This document shows, piece after piece, positions 19,952-30,061 of a stretch of DNA of 64,000 nucleotides; position 1 is the stretch's first letter, and every line of letters begins with the position of its first letter. The notes under the pieces are model-generated. The model made no database searches and had not been told where the DNA came from. It was given only the letters and a program-made list of their open reading frames with translations. This stretch comes from Dehalococcoidia bacterium. GTDB taxonomy: Bacteria > Chloroflexota > Dehalococcoidia > UBA2979. The stretch lies in NCBI GenBank assembly GCA_965219085.1, contig OZ244720.1:1824001-1888000 (forward strand), read 5' to 3'. Made by a program: the position numbers and the translations under genes.

Positions 19952-21082
19952 GTGCAGCTGACCGTGCAACAAGAGGACCTGAATCGAGGCCTCAGTGCCG
20001 TCGCGCGCGCCGTCCCAACCCGCTCCACGCTGCCAATCACGAACAACATCCTGCTCGAAGCCGACGACGACCAACTCACACTCTCAGCCACCGACGCCGA
20101 GACGATCGCGATCACCTACCGGATCGCGTCGGGCATCACCGAGGCGGGCACCATCACGCTGCCCTCGCGGCTGCTATCGGACTTCGTCGCCACGCTGCCG
20201 CCCCAGCCGATCGAAATCTCGCTCGCCGAGCGATCCCGGCAGGTCAGCCTCTCGTGCGCGCGCAACGAGGCGTCCATCGGCGGGCAGGCCGCCGACGAGT
20301 TCCCGCCGATCCCTCCGGTCGAGGACGGCGACACGATTCGCATCGACGCCGCCGCACTCCGCCGCTCCATCAACCAGGTCGCGTTCGCGGCCGCCACGGA
20401 CGACTCGCGGCCCGTGCTCACGGGCGTGCACTTCGCGCTGCGCGACGGCTCGCTGCGGCTCGCCGCGGCCGACGGGTTCCGCCTCGCCGTGAACACCATC
20501 GAGGTTGGCGAGGACAGCGCGGACCGCGAGGCGATTGTGCCGGCGCGCGCCCTGAACGAACTGGCGCGGCTGCTCCCGGAGGTGAGCGAGCAGATCTCGG
20601 TCACCTTCAACCCGGCAAGCACGCAGGTGTTGTTTGACCTCGGTCACGCCACGCTCGTCGCGCAGCTCATCCAGGGCACGTTCCCGAACTACGAGCAGCT
20701 GATTCCCAGCAGCCACGCCACGAGCACCGAGGTGAGCGTCGGCGAATTCATGCGCGAGACGCGCATCGCCTCCATCTTCGCGCGCGACGGATCGGGCATC
20801 GTGCGGCTCATCGCCAGCCCCGGCGAGGACTCGACGGGCCGGCTGACGGTGACGGCGCGCGCGGAAGAGGTGGGCAACAACGAGGGCGAGATCGACGCGC
20901 TGGTGGAGGGCGAGGAGGCCCGCATCGCCTTCAACAGCCGCTACCTGATCGAGGTCCTCGGCGCCCTCGACACGGACCGCGTGGCGATCGAGACAAGCTC
21001 GCCCTCAAGCCCCGGCGTCATCCGCCCCGTCGGCAACGACGATTACGTCCACGTCGTCATGCCGATGTTCGTTCAATGGTAG
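19952..21082 (+). CDS. dnaN: DNA polymerase III beta sliding clamp
   Basis: RSTLPITNNILL, EFPPIP, SRPVLTGV, AADGFRLA, GTFPNY, IAFNSRYL, VMPM. Confidence 0.97.
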   Translation: MQLTVQQEDLNRGLSAVARAVPTRSTLPITNNILLEADDDQLTLSATDAETIAITYRIASGITEAGTITLPSRLLSDFVATLPPQPIEISLAERSRQVSLSCARNEASIGGQAADEFPPIPPVEDGDTIRIDAAALRRSINQVAFAAATDDSRPVLTGVHFALRDGSLRLAAADGFRLAVNTIEVGEDSADREAIVPARALNELARLLPEVSEQISVTFNPASTQVLFDLGHATLVAQLIQGTFPNYEQLIPSSHATSTEVSVGEFMRETRIASIFARDGSGIVRLIASPGEDSTGRLTVTARAEEVGNNEGEIDALVEGEEARIAFNSRYLIEVLGALDTDRVAIETSSPSSPGVIRPVGNDDYVHVVMPMFVQW

Positions 21083-22607
21083 CAAAATCCTTTGCCTCCA
21101 CTCCCTCGATCATCGGCACCTCGACGCGTACATCGGCCTCATCAGGAGCGACGTTCACTCGCACCTCGAGGGCCTGAAGCAGCAGCGCCAACTCGTCCCC
21201 GTCTGCCTCCCTCACCCACTCGCGGATGAACTCAAGCGCTTCCGGCATGCGCTCCCGCAGCAACTCTGGATCGGGGCCGGGCTCGCATTCTGAGCGGAGC
21301 TGTGCCTGCTCGCGCTCCAGCGCAGCCCGACGCCTCGTCAGTCGCTCCTTCTTCTCCTGGAAGGCGTCCCTGGCGATCTCACCCTCCGTGTAGAGGTCGA
21401 CGAGCCGGTCTTCGCTCTCGTCGAGGTGGCTGAGCTCCCGTGTGAGCTCGGTCAGCCGGGCAGCGTGGTCCGTCCCGCCCCGCAGCCGCTCGGCCATGCC
21501 GATCGCGAGCTCCGGGTTCGCCAAGACGTCCCCGATCGTGTCGCGGACGGCCGACTCAAGGACTTCCTTCCGAACCAGGCGGCTCGCGCAGCGCTTGTCC
21601 TCGCGGGAGAGGTACAGACGGTTGCAGCGATAGTAGAGGTAGCGCCCGCGGTTGACGGACTGCCCGACCATGCCCGCACCGCAATCCCGGCAGCGGAGCC
21701 GCCCGCTCAAGGGGTACGTGCGCGACGGAGCCCGCGCGTTGCGACGCTCGGGGTCTTCGAAGCGGGCCTGAGCGCTGGCGTACAACTCGGGGGAAACGAT
21801 CTGCGGCGACGCCCCATCGATCACGATGTGTTCGCTCGGATCCTGCTCGACCACGCGCCGCTTCCGACTACGGCCACCGGATTGTCGGATCATCTCAGCC
21901 TTGGTGCGCCGGTAGACGGTGCGGCCGGTGTAGGTCTCGTTGCGCAGGATCCGGTGGACCGTCACCGGGTACCACTGCTTGCCGGTTAACGTCGGGATGC
22001 CGTCGGCGTTGAGCTCGGTCGCGATGCGGTTAACGGCCTTGCCCGAGGCGAACCCCTCGAAGATGCGCCCAACGACGGGCGACTGCTGGGGATTCAGCAC
22101 GCGCTGTCCTGTCTCGCGGACGTAGATGTACCCGTAGCACCCCGCGCCGGTGCCCTGAGCGAGCTGGCCATTGCGGGCGCGCTCGGCCTTGCCGCGCATC
22201 GTGCGCTCGGCGATCTTCTCGCGCTCGACCTCGGCAATGAGCGCACGCGCGGCCACGATGAACTTCCCGATCGCGGTGTCCTCGAAGTCCTCGGTCGCGA
22301 AATCGAGGCGCACGCCGCTGGTCTCGGCCTCGTCGAAGAGCACGCCGATGTGATTCTGACTCCTCGATACGCGGTCGAGCGCGAAGGCGAGCAGCACGTC
22401 GCACTCGCCGTCGCGCATCATGCGACGCACTTCGGCCATCCCCGGCCGCTCGAGCGACGACCCGCTCGCAGTGTCGCGGATCGTGCGGATGACCGTGTAG
22501 CCGGCCGCTCCCGCGTACTCCAGGCTGGCGCGCTCCTGCGTGTCGAGTGAGGTGCCCTCATCCGCTTGCGCGTCGGTCGACACCCTCGAGTAGACAATCG
22601 TTCGCAT
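21057..22607 (-). CDS. Large serine recombinase (island integrase)
   Basis: YSRVST catalytic motif, ERPGM, DRVSR, AEVEREKIAERT, recombinase domain, LSGRLRCRDCG...YYRC zinc ribbon, coiled coil. Confidence 0.95.
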   Translation of the reverse strand: MRTIVYSRVSTDAQADEGTSLDTQERASLEYAGAAGYTVIRTIRDTASGSSLERPGMAEVRRMMRDGECDVLLAFALDRVSRSQNHIGVLFDEAETSGVRLDFATEDFEDTAIGKFIVAARALIAEVEREKIAERTMRGKAERARNGQLAQGTGAGCYGYIYVRETGQRVLNPQQSPVVGRIFEGFASGKAVNRIATELNADGIPTLTGKQWYPVTVHRILRNETYTGRTVYRRTKAEMIRQSGGRSRKRRVVEQDPSEHIVIDGASPQIVSPELYASAQARFEDPERRNARAPSRTYPLSGRLRCRDCGAGMVGQSVNRGRYLYYRCNRLYLSREDKRCASRLVRKEVLESAVRDTIGDVLANPELAIGMAERLRGGTDHAARLTELTRELSHLDESEDRLVDLYTEGEIARDAFQEKKERLTRRRAALEREQAQLRSECEPGPDPELLRERMPEALEFIREWVREADGDELALLLQALEVRVNVAPDEADVRVEVPMIEGVEAKDFATIERTSA

Positions 22608-22610
22608 GTT

Positions 22611-22856
22611 CTACCCCCGTTGCATTCTACCGCGTGAGACGCCCTGCACTGCGGTCTTCGTCGTTGTCTCGACTTCGTCTTCCCGCGTCGCGCCAGCAGC
22701 TGCTGCGTGCGCGATCGTCAACTCAGTGAGGATCCGGCCCCAGAGGTCATTCCATGCCTTCACAGGCTCGTCTCCATACACGTCGACCTCGAGCCGCGCG
22801 CGAACTTTGCGCGACCCTCCCGTCTGCTTTGTGTCGCTCCTGCTGTCTCCACTCAT
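22611..22856 (-). CDS. Small protein directly upstream of integrase (candidate directionality factor)
   Basis: 81 aa, AWNDLWGRIL; stop lies 3 bp before integrase ATG. Confidence 0.5.
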   Translation of the reverse strand: MSGDSRSDTKQTGGSRKVRARLEVDVYGDEPVKAWNDLWGRILTELTIAHAAAAGATREDEVETTTKTAVQGVSRGRMQRG

Positions 22857-23361
22857 CCCACTCCACCCGGCGACTTGGCCGCGACTGAGACATGCTCATC
22901 ACGGCGGCTTGTTGCTCGCCGCCGTTGGGTTCGCGCCGGCGGCGGGCGCAAGGCCCCCCGAAGGGGGCCGGGCACGGCCAAGCCGCACGCCCGACGTGGG
23001 AGAGGCCACCCGGGAGCGGTCAGTCGCGAGAGCGGAGCAGGATGGGCGGTGTGGAGCGGGCTTGGTCGGTCTGAGGGCTCGGACTGCGAGGTGGAGCGTC
23101 AGGCCTCAGGGACAACGGACTGGAGATCCCGCCTCACCGGGGATCCCGAACACTGGCTGGATAAGGGGAGGAAGAATCGCAATCGTTGGGGAAGTTCAGG
23201 AGGAAGGTGGTCTGGGGGAGGTGGTCGATTTCAGTACCGTCAGTGGGTGGGACACATTGGCGCGCACGCGCCGGACGGAGCCAGCGTTGCCGTCACCCCC
23301 CACGCACGAAAAACCCGCCTCGCGGCAGGTCTCCGTACGGCAGGACGCAGGGCAGGGAGCG

Positions 23362-23691
23362 TTACGGGGTGACTGTCCCGTCGATGACCGGTTGCCCGAC
23401 CTCGACGATCCGTACAGCCGTGCCGGCCGACAAGTCGACCAGCTTCCCGTACAGCAGCCACTGGCCGGCGCCCAGAATGGCGAACCCGGCCAGCACGACG
23501 CTCAGGACCGCACCTGCGGCCCAGCGCATCTCCCCGCGAAGCGTGGCAACGTCACTCCGTAGTGACGCCAGCTCCGCCTGAATGACGGCGAGGTTGGCGG
23601 TCGCAGCGGCTTGCACTGTTTCCACCTCCCTCTGCGCAACTGAGACCGCTTCAACACGGTCCTCCAGTCGCTCCATCCTGGCTAACACCAT
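23362..23691 (-). CDS. Coiled-coil protein with C-terminal TM helix
   Basis: AAGGAG RBS before ATG; heptad segment followed by WAAGAVLSVVLAGFAILG. Confidence 0.65.
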   Translation of the reverse strand: MVLARMERLEDRVEAVSVAQREVETVQAAATANLAVIQAELASLRSDVATLRGEMRWAAGAVLSVVLAGFAILGAGQWLLYGKLVDLSAGTAVRIVEVGQPVIDGTVTP

Positions 23692-23881
23692 AGCGGACTC
23701 CTTCGAGCCCTGCACCGCCAGACCCTCTGGCGGTGACGACGCCTGGCCGAGCCCCGCGAAGGGCCATGGCCGCGCGTCGTCGAGGTGTCGCACTGGTGAG
23801 TGTTGCTAGCTGCCGTGACCGCAGCCGGCCTCGCCACCGCCCGCTCATGGCGGCGATGGCGACGAGCAAGGGCAGCGTCTT

Positions 23882-24444
23882 CTAGGCCACGGGCGCTTGC
23901 CCGAACGGCGATGCGACTCGGGCGCGCTCGTCCCGCGACAGCGCCATGTACCTGTGTATGCGAGCGCCGTGCTGACGCGCGATCTCCACGCTCTGCTCGT
24001 CATGGTCGCGCGTATGCGGGCCATCGAGCCAAGCGACCACCGACTCCGCGACGCCACGCGTGAGCCCCGCCGCGCCGTCCGTTTGGAACAGCGGCTGCCA
24101 GGGGTAGAAATCGTCCTCGTCGTCGACGACGGCGTAACGACTCAGCCCCGGGTTCCGATGGAGCCACAACGCGACTTCGTCGCCGCGGAGCGCCTCGGCG
24201 GGCAGCGTGTCGGTGCACGCGTGTATCACCACGCGGCCGCTCACTCCCGCAGCAGGTCGGCGTACTTGCGCCACGAGCTCGCGAGCACGGTGTAGACCGG
24301 GACGACCGACGCCACGATGAAATCGAAGTTCGCCGCAAGCGATTCTTCAATCGAACCCATCGCCGCATCTCGACGGTGCCGGTTCAGCACCCCGTCCACG
24401 TCCAGGAACACACCATGTCGTCCCCGCGTTGTCTGTCCATCCAT
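23882..24444 (-). pseudogene. Frameshifted HAD_SAK_2-type (Swiss-army-knife RNA repair) phosphatase
   Basis: FLDVDGVLN...SSWR in one frame; RGDEVALWL...YAVVDD...QTD...GLT in another; shift near 24245. Confidence 0.7.
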
Positions 24445-24487
24445 GAGCCTCTCCTCGTGTACGGCCCGCCGAATGGCGTGGTGCTCG

Positions 24488-26396
24488 CTAGCTGTTGTGA
24501 ATGCAGCCGACCTCGCGGTCGCTCGCCGCCTCGGTCATGGCGACGAGCTCATCGCGATGCTGCCCGTCGCCGGTCCACGCCGGGGCGAACCCCTCCGCCA
24601 CCATCACGGCGTCGATGGAGACTCCCTCCAGCGTGTAGACGTAGCGCAGCGTGCGGCCGTGCTTGTCCGCCTCCCGCGGGCCAGGCTCGACCAGGACCGC
24701 CTCACCGACGAGCTCGCGCAGCCGGTTGGTGGCCTCCATGTAGCAGGCTTCGCCGCGCTCACGTGTGTCGATACCGTAGAAGCGGATGCGGCGACCGTCG
24801 GCGATGTCGAAGGTGTCGCCGTCAACGACCGCGACGACCTCGACGCGTTCGGTTGGCTCCCGTGGCGTGACGGCCGAGACGTCGGCCAGTCGCGTTGTCG
24901 CTGTGACCCGACCCCTTGAAACGGGACCACCGTTGATGAGAGTCCTCTGGCCCATGAAAGTGGGTGGAGGAGGACATCACGGTGAAACGACGCAGGCACA
25001 CGCCCGAGCAGATCGTGCGGAAGCTGCGGGAGGTGGAGCGGCTGCTCGGTGAGGGGCAGACGATCGCCGAGGCGGCGAAGCAGGTCGAGATCTCGGAGCA
25101 GACCTACCACCGCTGGCGCAACCAGTACGGCGGGATGAAGGCCGACGACGCCAAACGGCTGCGCGAGCTGGAGCGCGAGAACGCCCGGCTGAAGCGGATC
25201 GTCGCCGACAAGGAACTCGAGATCGACGCGCTCAAGGAGATCGCCCGGGGAAACTGGTAAGCCCGTCGCGCCGGCGCGAGGCAGTCTGCATGTTGCAGGA
25301 CCGCCTCGAGTTGTCGGAACGGCGGGCATGCCGGGTCACCGGCCAGCACCGCTCCACACAGCGCCGCCTCCCGACGCGCGGCCGCGGCGACGACGCGCTG
25401 CGCGCGGAACTCCACGCCTTCTCGCGTGGCCACCCCCGCTGGGGGTACCGCCGGGTCTGGGCGACCTTACGCGAGGAGGGCTGGGGCGTGAATCGCAAGC
25501 GGGTGCAACGGCTCTGGCGTGAGGAAGGGCTGCGCGTCCCGGTGAAACGGCGCAAGCGTCAGCGCCTGGGGGACTCGGCGGTGCCCGCCGCCAGGCTGCG
25601 CGCTGAGCGGCCGAACCACGTCTGGGCGCTGGACTTCCTGTTCGACCAGACCGCGGACGGGCGGGTCCTGAAGCTGCTCAACATCGTCGACGAGCACACA
25701 CGGGAGGCGCTGGCGATCGTGGCCGCAGGAGCATCAACGCCGACGCCACGGCCTCAACGCTCGAGGGGATCGTCGCCCGGCGCGGGACGGCGCCTGGGTA
25801 CATCCGCTGCGACAACGGTCCAGAGCTCACGGCCAACGCGCTGCGCGACTGGTGCCGGTTCTCCGGCACGGGCAGCAGCTACATCGAGCCCGGTGCGCCG
25901 TGGGAGAACCCGTACGTGGAGTCGTTCAACGGCCGGCTGCGCGACGAGTTCCTGGCCGTCGAGCAGTTCGACAGCCTGCTCGAGGCGCAGGTGCTGCTTG
26001 AGGACTGGCGGATCGAGTACAACACGAAGCGCCCGCATAGCAGCCTGGGCTGGCTCGCCCCGGCTGCCTACGCCGAGCGCTGGGAGGCTCAGCAGCACGC
26101 TGGACTCTCATAAGCGGTGGTCTCGCGAAGGGGGTCCGGTCAGCTGCACCGGCGCCCTCGGGGGTGGCGTTCTGCGCGTCGCCGGCCATGTCCAGCAACG
26201 TCTCGCCCCCGGAGTACATGAGCATGGTGAAGAAGCTCCCCACCACAATGCCGACCAGCGCCCGGATGATGAACCGTATGAGCTGTGTGTCTTTCTGGTG
26301 CTGAGCACCGAAAACGCCGGCAGCGCCGGCGTGAGTGAGTTGGTTGCCGATACCGAGGCCCCTATTGGGCGGCGACGACGCGCCCGCGACGAGCAC
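24488..26396 (-). pseudogene. Membrane-anchored thermonuclease interrupted by IS3
   Basis: VVDGDT, IRFYGIDTRE, DKHGRTLRYV; removing IS3 and one GCTG restores in-frame PEGAGAATTRLAD with an N-terminal TM helix. Confidence 0.8.
24904..26142 (+). mobile_element. IS3-family element (orfA 24982-25260, orfB with extra frameshift near 25730)
   Basis: TG...CA ends with IRs TGACCCGACCCCTT / TGACCGGACCCCCTT, 4-bp TSD GCTG, GGGAAAC slippage site, WALDF and ESFNGRLRDE motifs. Confidence 0.95.
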
Positions 26397-26510
26397 AGCA
26401 AGAAGCCCTCCTGTTGAAGGAGGGCGTCTGCTGTGCCGAGTGCGCTTGCGAGGCAGCGCCGCCTGTTCACGGCAGTCCAGGGTCGCCGGAATTACGACGC
26501 CCCGGCGAGT

Positions 26511-26599
26511 CGCTGGGTTGATGAGGATTCGCGGCATCGGACTGCGGGCATCGAAAAACCCGCCGGATGGCGGGCTGTCGATGTGCGCAGGAGAGCGAT
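26511..26599. repeat. 89-bp dispersed repeat copy 1, containing a minus-strand terminator
   Basis: 77/89 identical to 27126-27214; CCCGCC-loop-GGCGGG followed by a T-run on the minus strand. Confidence 0.85.
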
Positions 26600-26995
26600 C
26601 TAGCGATCGCGGAGGGCCTCGGCTAGCGAATCCCCGATCTCGATGGTGACTGCGCCGTCGCCACCGAGTACAACCGCGAGTGTGACAGCGATTGCAGCCA
26701 CTGCAATGACCAGGCCAAGCAGATTCAGGCTCGTCTTCAGCGAGTCCATCCTGCCGTCGAGCGAACCGATCTTGGTGTTGAGGTCGGAGCGGACCGAGTC
26801 GATCTTGGTGTCGAGCGAGTCCATCTTGGATTCGAGCGACGACAAGGCGGACGCGATCGTCTTCGCCGTCGCTTCCATGTTGTTCTCGACTGCTTCCATC
26901 TTCGTGTCCTGCGCAGCCAGTCGCGTGTCGGACGCGGCTATGGCCACACTTACTGCTGCGCGATCCTCAGCAGCTGGGTTCTCTACCGATGCCAC
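26600..26995 (-). CDS. Coiled-coil protein with C-terminal TM helix (DUF1640-like architecture)
   Basis: KMDSLDTKIDSVRSDLNTKIGSLDGRMDSL heptads then LLGLVIAVAAIAVTLAVVL. Confidence 0.7.
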   Translation of the reverse strand: MASVENPAAEDRAAVSVAIAASDTRLAAQDTKMEAVENNMEATAKTIASALSSLESKMDSLDTKIDSVRSDLNTKIGSLDGRMDSLKTSLNLLGLVIAVAAIAVTLAVVLGGDGAVTIEIGDSLAEALRDR

Positions 26996-27046
26996 CTGTT
27001 TCCCCCTTGGAGTGTACATCCGCCGCCGGAGCCGTGCGCTCTGGCG

Positions 27047-27091
27047 CGCTCGTCCGTTGCCGAGTCGTGGTGACTCGGCAACGGACGAGCG
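27047..27091. repeat. Perfect 20-bp inverted repeat with 5-nt loop
   Basis: CGCTCGTCCGTTGCCGAGTC-gtggt-GACTCGGCAACGGACGAGCG. Confidence 0.95.
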
Positions 27092-27125
27092 AAGCGGCGG
27101 CAGGTGATGCCGCCACTTCGGTCGC

Positions 27126-27214
27126 CGCTGGGTTGATGAGGACTCGCGGCATCGGGTCGCGGGCATCAAAAAACCCGCCATCCGGCGGGTTGTCGATGTG
27201 CGCTGGAGAACGAT
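27126..27214. repeat. 89-bp dispersed repeat copy 2, containing a minus-strand terminator
   Basis: Matches 26511-26599; hairpin loop is the reverse complement (ATCC vs GGAT). Confidence 0.85.
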
Positions 27215-27542
27215 TCGCCGAGTAGGCCCGGTCAGCCGCTAGATGTACTGACCACACAGGTGTGAGACACGGCCGACGGGCGGGAGGCCGCCGAGCGAGC
27301 CGTGGGGACGGTGCCTGTTGTACCACCTGAGCCACCCTGCGAGGGCTCTCGCGCGGTTCGCACTGGACGGGTAGGCGAAGGCGTATGCCCAGCTCCGCAG
27401 CAGCATCTGGATGAAGCGCTCCGCCTTGCCGTTGGTGCGCGGCGTGTAGGGCCGCGTCCGCAGGTGGCGCAGCCCCAGCTCGTCGCAGCGAGCCCGCCAG
27501 GCGTGCGATGCGTACGCGGGCCCGTTGAGTTCCTAACGGATG

Positions 27543-28943
27543 TCAAGCTCCGGCGAGGGGTTGTAGCGTAGGCAGCGGACGGGCCGGCGCCGGAGCGCTC
27601 TGCGACTCCTGACCGCGGCGGCCCGTCCCCTTGCGCGAGCCCGCGCGGGGGCCGAGTCGCTGGCGGCGCACCTCGGCTGGGACGCTGTAGCGCTCGGCGA
27701 CGATGCTCCGCCCCTCGGCCACGGAGACGGGCTGGCCGTCGCAGTCGCGGATGACGTAGCGCTCGCCGCGCCGCCAGCAGGCGACGACGCGCGTGAGCAG
27801 CGTGGTGGCGATATGGCAGAGCGCCGAGTTGTGGTGCTTGCCGGCGGCGACCATGAGCCGCTGGTAACGGGCGGCGAGCGTGGGGTCGATGCGCCGCGCA
27901 TGGTCGGCGGCGATGAAGATCGCCTCGCGCAGGGCGGCGTCGCCGCGGCGGGTCGGACGGCCGTGGCGGCCGCTCACGCCGGAGGCGTTGAGCGAGGGCA
28001 CGAGCCCGCTGAAGGAGCGCACCCCGGCGAGGGAGCGGAAGCGGTTGGGATCGCCGAGGCGGGCGAGGATCTGGGGACCGGTGACGGGACCGATGCCCGG
28101 CGCCGAGGTGAGGATCGCCTCGGGGTCGGCCTCCTCGAAGAGGAGCGCGATGCGCTCGTCGAGCGCGGCGACCTCGTCTGTGAGGATGAGGGCGAGCCTG
28201 GCCTCGACGGCGATGTCCTCGGCGAGCTGGTCGAAGTCGAAGGCGTCCTCCCAGAGCGCGAGCGTCTCCTCCGCGGCGTCCAGCAGCGCCGCAGCGTGCT
28301 CCGGGCCCCAATGGCCGCGCGAGTGGCGATACAGGAAGCGCCCGAGGCGCGCCCGGCCGAGCCGTTCCACCGTGTCGGGACAGGCGTAGCCGGCTGCAAG
28401 GAACCGCAGCGGGGTCTTGTTGGCGAGGTCGGCGCGGAAGGCCTCCAGCCACTTCGGCCCGAGCAGCTCCAGCAGCGCGTCGAGCCGCGCCAGCGACTTC
28501 GTGCGCCGCTGCACCAGGCTCTGACGCAGCCGCGTCGCGCGCCGCAGCGGGTCGCCCGGCCCGAGGCCGTGCTCGTCGTGCAGCCCCTCGGGGTGCAGCA
28601 GCGGGAGCCGCGCCAGCAGACGCGAGTCGAGCCGGTCGCTCTTGGTGTGCTTATGGTAGTAGTCGCGCAGGTCCGCCGAGCGCTCCGGCGGCACCAGCAC
28701 GACGCGTGCGCCGCGACGGCGGAACCAGGCGGCGAGCGCCACCCAGGCGTTGCGCGTGGGCTCCAGGATCACCAGCACCTCGGTGTCTGTTCCTCGCTCG
28801 GGCAGCATCGCCCACAGCCGCTCGAGGTCTTCGGCCCCGGTGCGGAAGCGGTGTCCGCTCCAGAGGAAGCGCCCGCTCTCGTCGGCGAGGCTCGCCTGGT
28901 GGGCGGCCCGGGACGCGACGTCGATTCCCAACCACAGCTGCAT
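27543..28943 (-). CDS. IS110 DEDD recombinase
   Basis: LGIDVAS, LEPT, KSDRLD, PGIGPV, SGLVPSLNASG. Confidence 0.95.
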   Translation of the reverse strand: MQLWLGIDVASRAAHQASLADESGRFLWSGHRFRTGAEDLERLWAMLPERGTDTEVLVILEPTRNAWVALAAWFRRRGARVVLVPPERSADLRDYYHKHTKSDRLDSRLLARLPLLHPEGLHDEHGLGPGDPLRRATRLRQSLVQRRTKSLARLDALLELLGPKWLEAFRADLANKTPLRFLAAGYACPDTVERLGRARLGRFLYRHSRGHWGPEHAAALLDAAEETLALWEDAFDFDQLAEDIAVEARLALILTDEVAALDERIALLFEEADPEAILTSAPGIGPVTGPQILARLGDPNRFRSLAGVRSFSGLVPSLNASGVSGRHGRPTRRGDAALREAIFIAADHARRIDPTLAARYQRLMVAAGKHHNSALCHIATTLLTRVVACWRRGERYVIRDCDGQPVSVAEGRSIVAERYSVPAEVRRQRLGPRAGSRKGTGRRGQESQSAPAPARPLPTLQPLAGA

Positions 28944-28959
28944 ACAGTCGCTCCGTTCC

Positions 28960-29215
28960 TGCACCCCCGCGCTCACTCGGTCCGCGCTGGCCACCGGAGA
29001 GGGACGTCGTACCGGACATTCGCTAACAGGGATCCGGGCGCCACCGCCCGGTCACCGGGTTCCCAACAGGACGCTTCGTCCCCGGCGGTGGCCCCGCCCG
29101 CCTCGTGGTCAACAGGCCAGGAGTCGCGTTGCGCTCCGATCGGTCAATCAACGACGGCGGACAGGCGCCGGACCCTCTGATCCTGAGGCCGGCCGGCCGG
29201 TCCGGCCAGCATCCG
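28960..29215 (-). ncRNA. Candidate bridge RNA of IS110 (boundaries approximate)
   Basis: Upstream non-coding end with two hairpin-split loops whose arms match the target and donor junction sequences. Confidence 0.65.
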
Positions 29216-30061
29216 GAGGGCAGATCCAGATTGAATGTCCGTCATCACCGCTTCGACCGTGATGCCCTGTTCAGCGAACCAGTCGAGCGTCCGCTCGAGG
29301 AACGCGAGGGCATCGTGGCGGCGGTCCGTGGGGAGCACCTCGGCGTAGGCCAGCCGCGAGTGGTCGTCGACGGCGACGTGCACGTGCTGCCAGCCCGCGC
29401 GCGGGCTGCGCGTGACCCCGTCGCCCAGGATGCGCTTACCGACGTGCCAGAAGCGCCCCAGCTTCTTGGTGTCTATGTGCAGCAGCTCCCCCGGGCGCTC
29501 GCGCTCGTAGCGCACCACCGGGGGTCGCGGCTCGCGCGGCAGCCGCGCGGCCCAGCCGCCGCAGCACCTTGCCCACGGTCGAGGCGGGGCGGCCGAGCAT
29601 CGCGCCCAGGGTGAGCGGGCCGGCCCCGCTGCGCTCGCGCGCGGCCACGATCTCGGCCTCCTCGGCCGGGGAGAGGCGGCGCGGCTGGTGCTTCGGGGTG
29701 GAGGGACGCTCGCGCAGTCCCGCCCAGCCGCCGGCCCGGTAGCGCGCGAGCCAACGGTAGCCCGTGGCACGGCTCGCGCCGACGCTGGCGGCGGCCTTGG
29801 CGGGGCTCATGCCCGCGAGCATCGCGGAGATGGCGCGGCAGCGCGCCTCGAACGAATAGAGCATCCGCTCGGGCCTGTTGGTGGCATCATGCATCGGGAC
29901 CTCCTTCGGAACCTGGGTCGTGTTCAACCCCAAGTCTCGTCGGAGGCCCCTTTGCGATCAGGTGTCTCGCAGGTGTGTAGTCAGTACAGCTAGAGGCTTC
30001 GTGCCCCCAACGGTAGTACGCGAGTCCCGCGAGGATCGTCACCTTGCCGATAGCGAGGTCT

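Larger units (their letters stand above)
27528..29237 (-). mobile_element. IS110-family element inserted in the IS481 transposase
   Basis: Removal restores ATG ACG GAC AAC GGG (MTDNG); 2-bp core (CA on minus strand) duplicated; no terminal IRs. Confidence 0.92.
27244..29988 (-). mobile_element. IS481-family element, frameshifted and interrupted by IS110
   Basis: TGT...ACA ends (TGTACTGACCACACA / TGTACTGACTACACA), 6-bp TSD GCTAGA; PGELLHIDTKKL, VDDHSR, MTD|NG, TNGKAERF. Confidence 0.95.

Noticed and set aside
26511-26599. Hammerhead ribozyme (TGATGA...GAAA...GTC on + strand)
   Set aside because: No stem I pairing, C3 is replaced, and copy 2 lacks the GAAA core
26511-27214. Integron attC cassettes
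   Set aside because: No RYYYAAC/GTTRRRY boxes in both copies and no tyrosine integrase in the window
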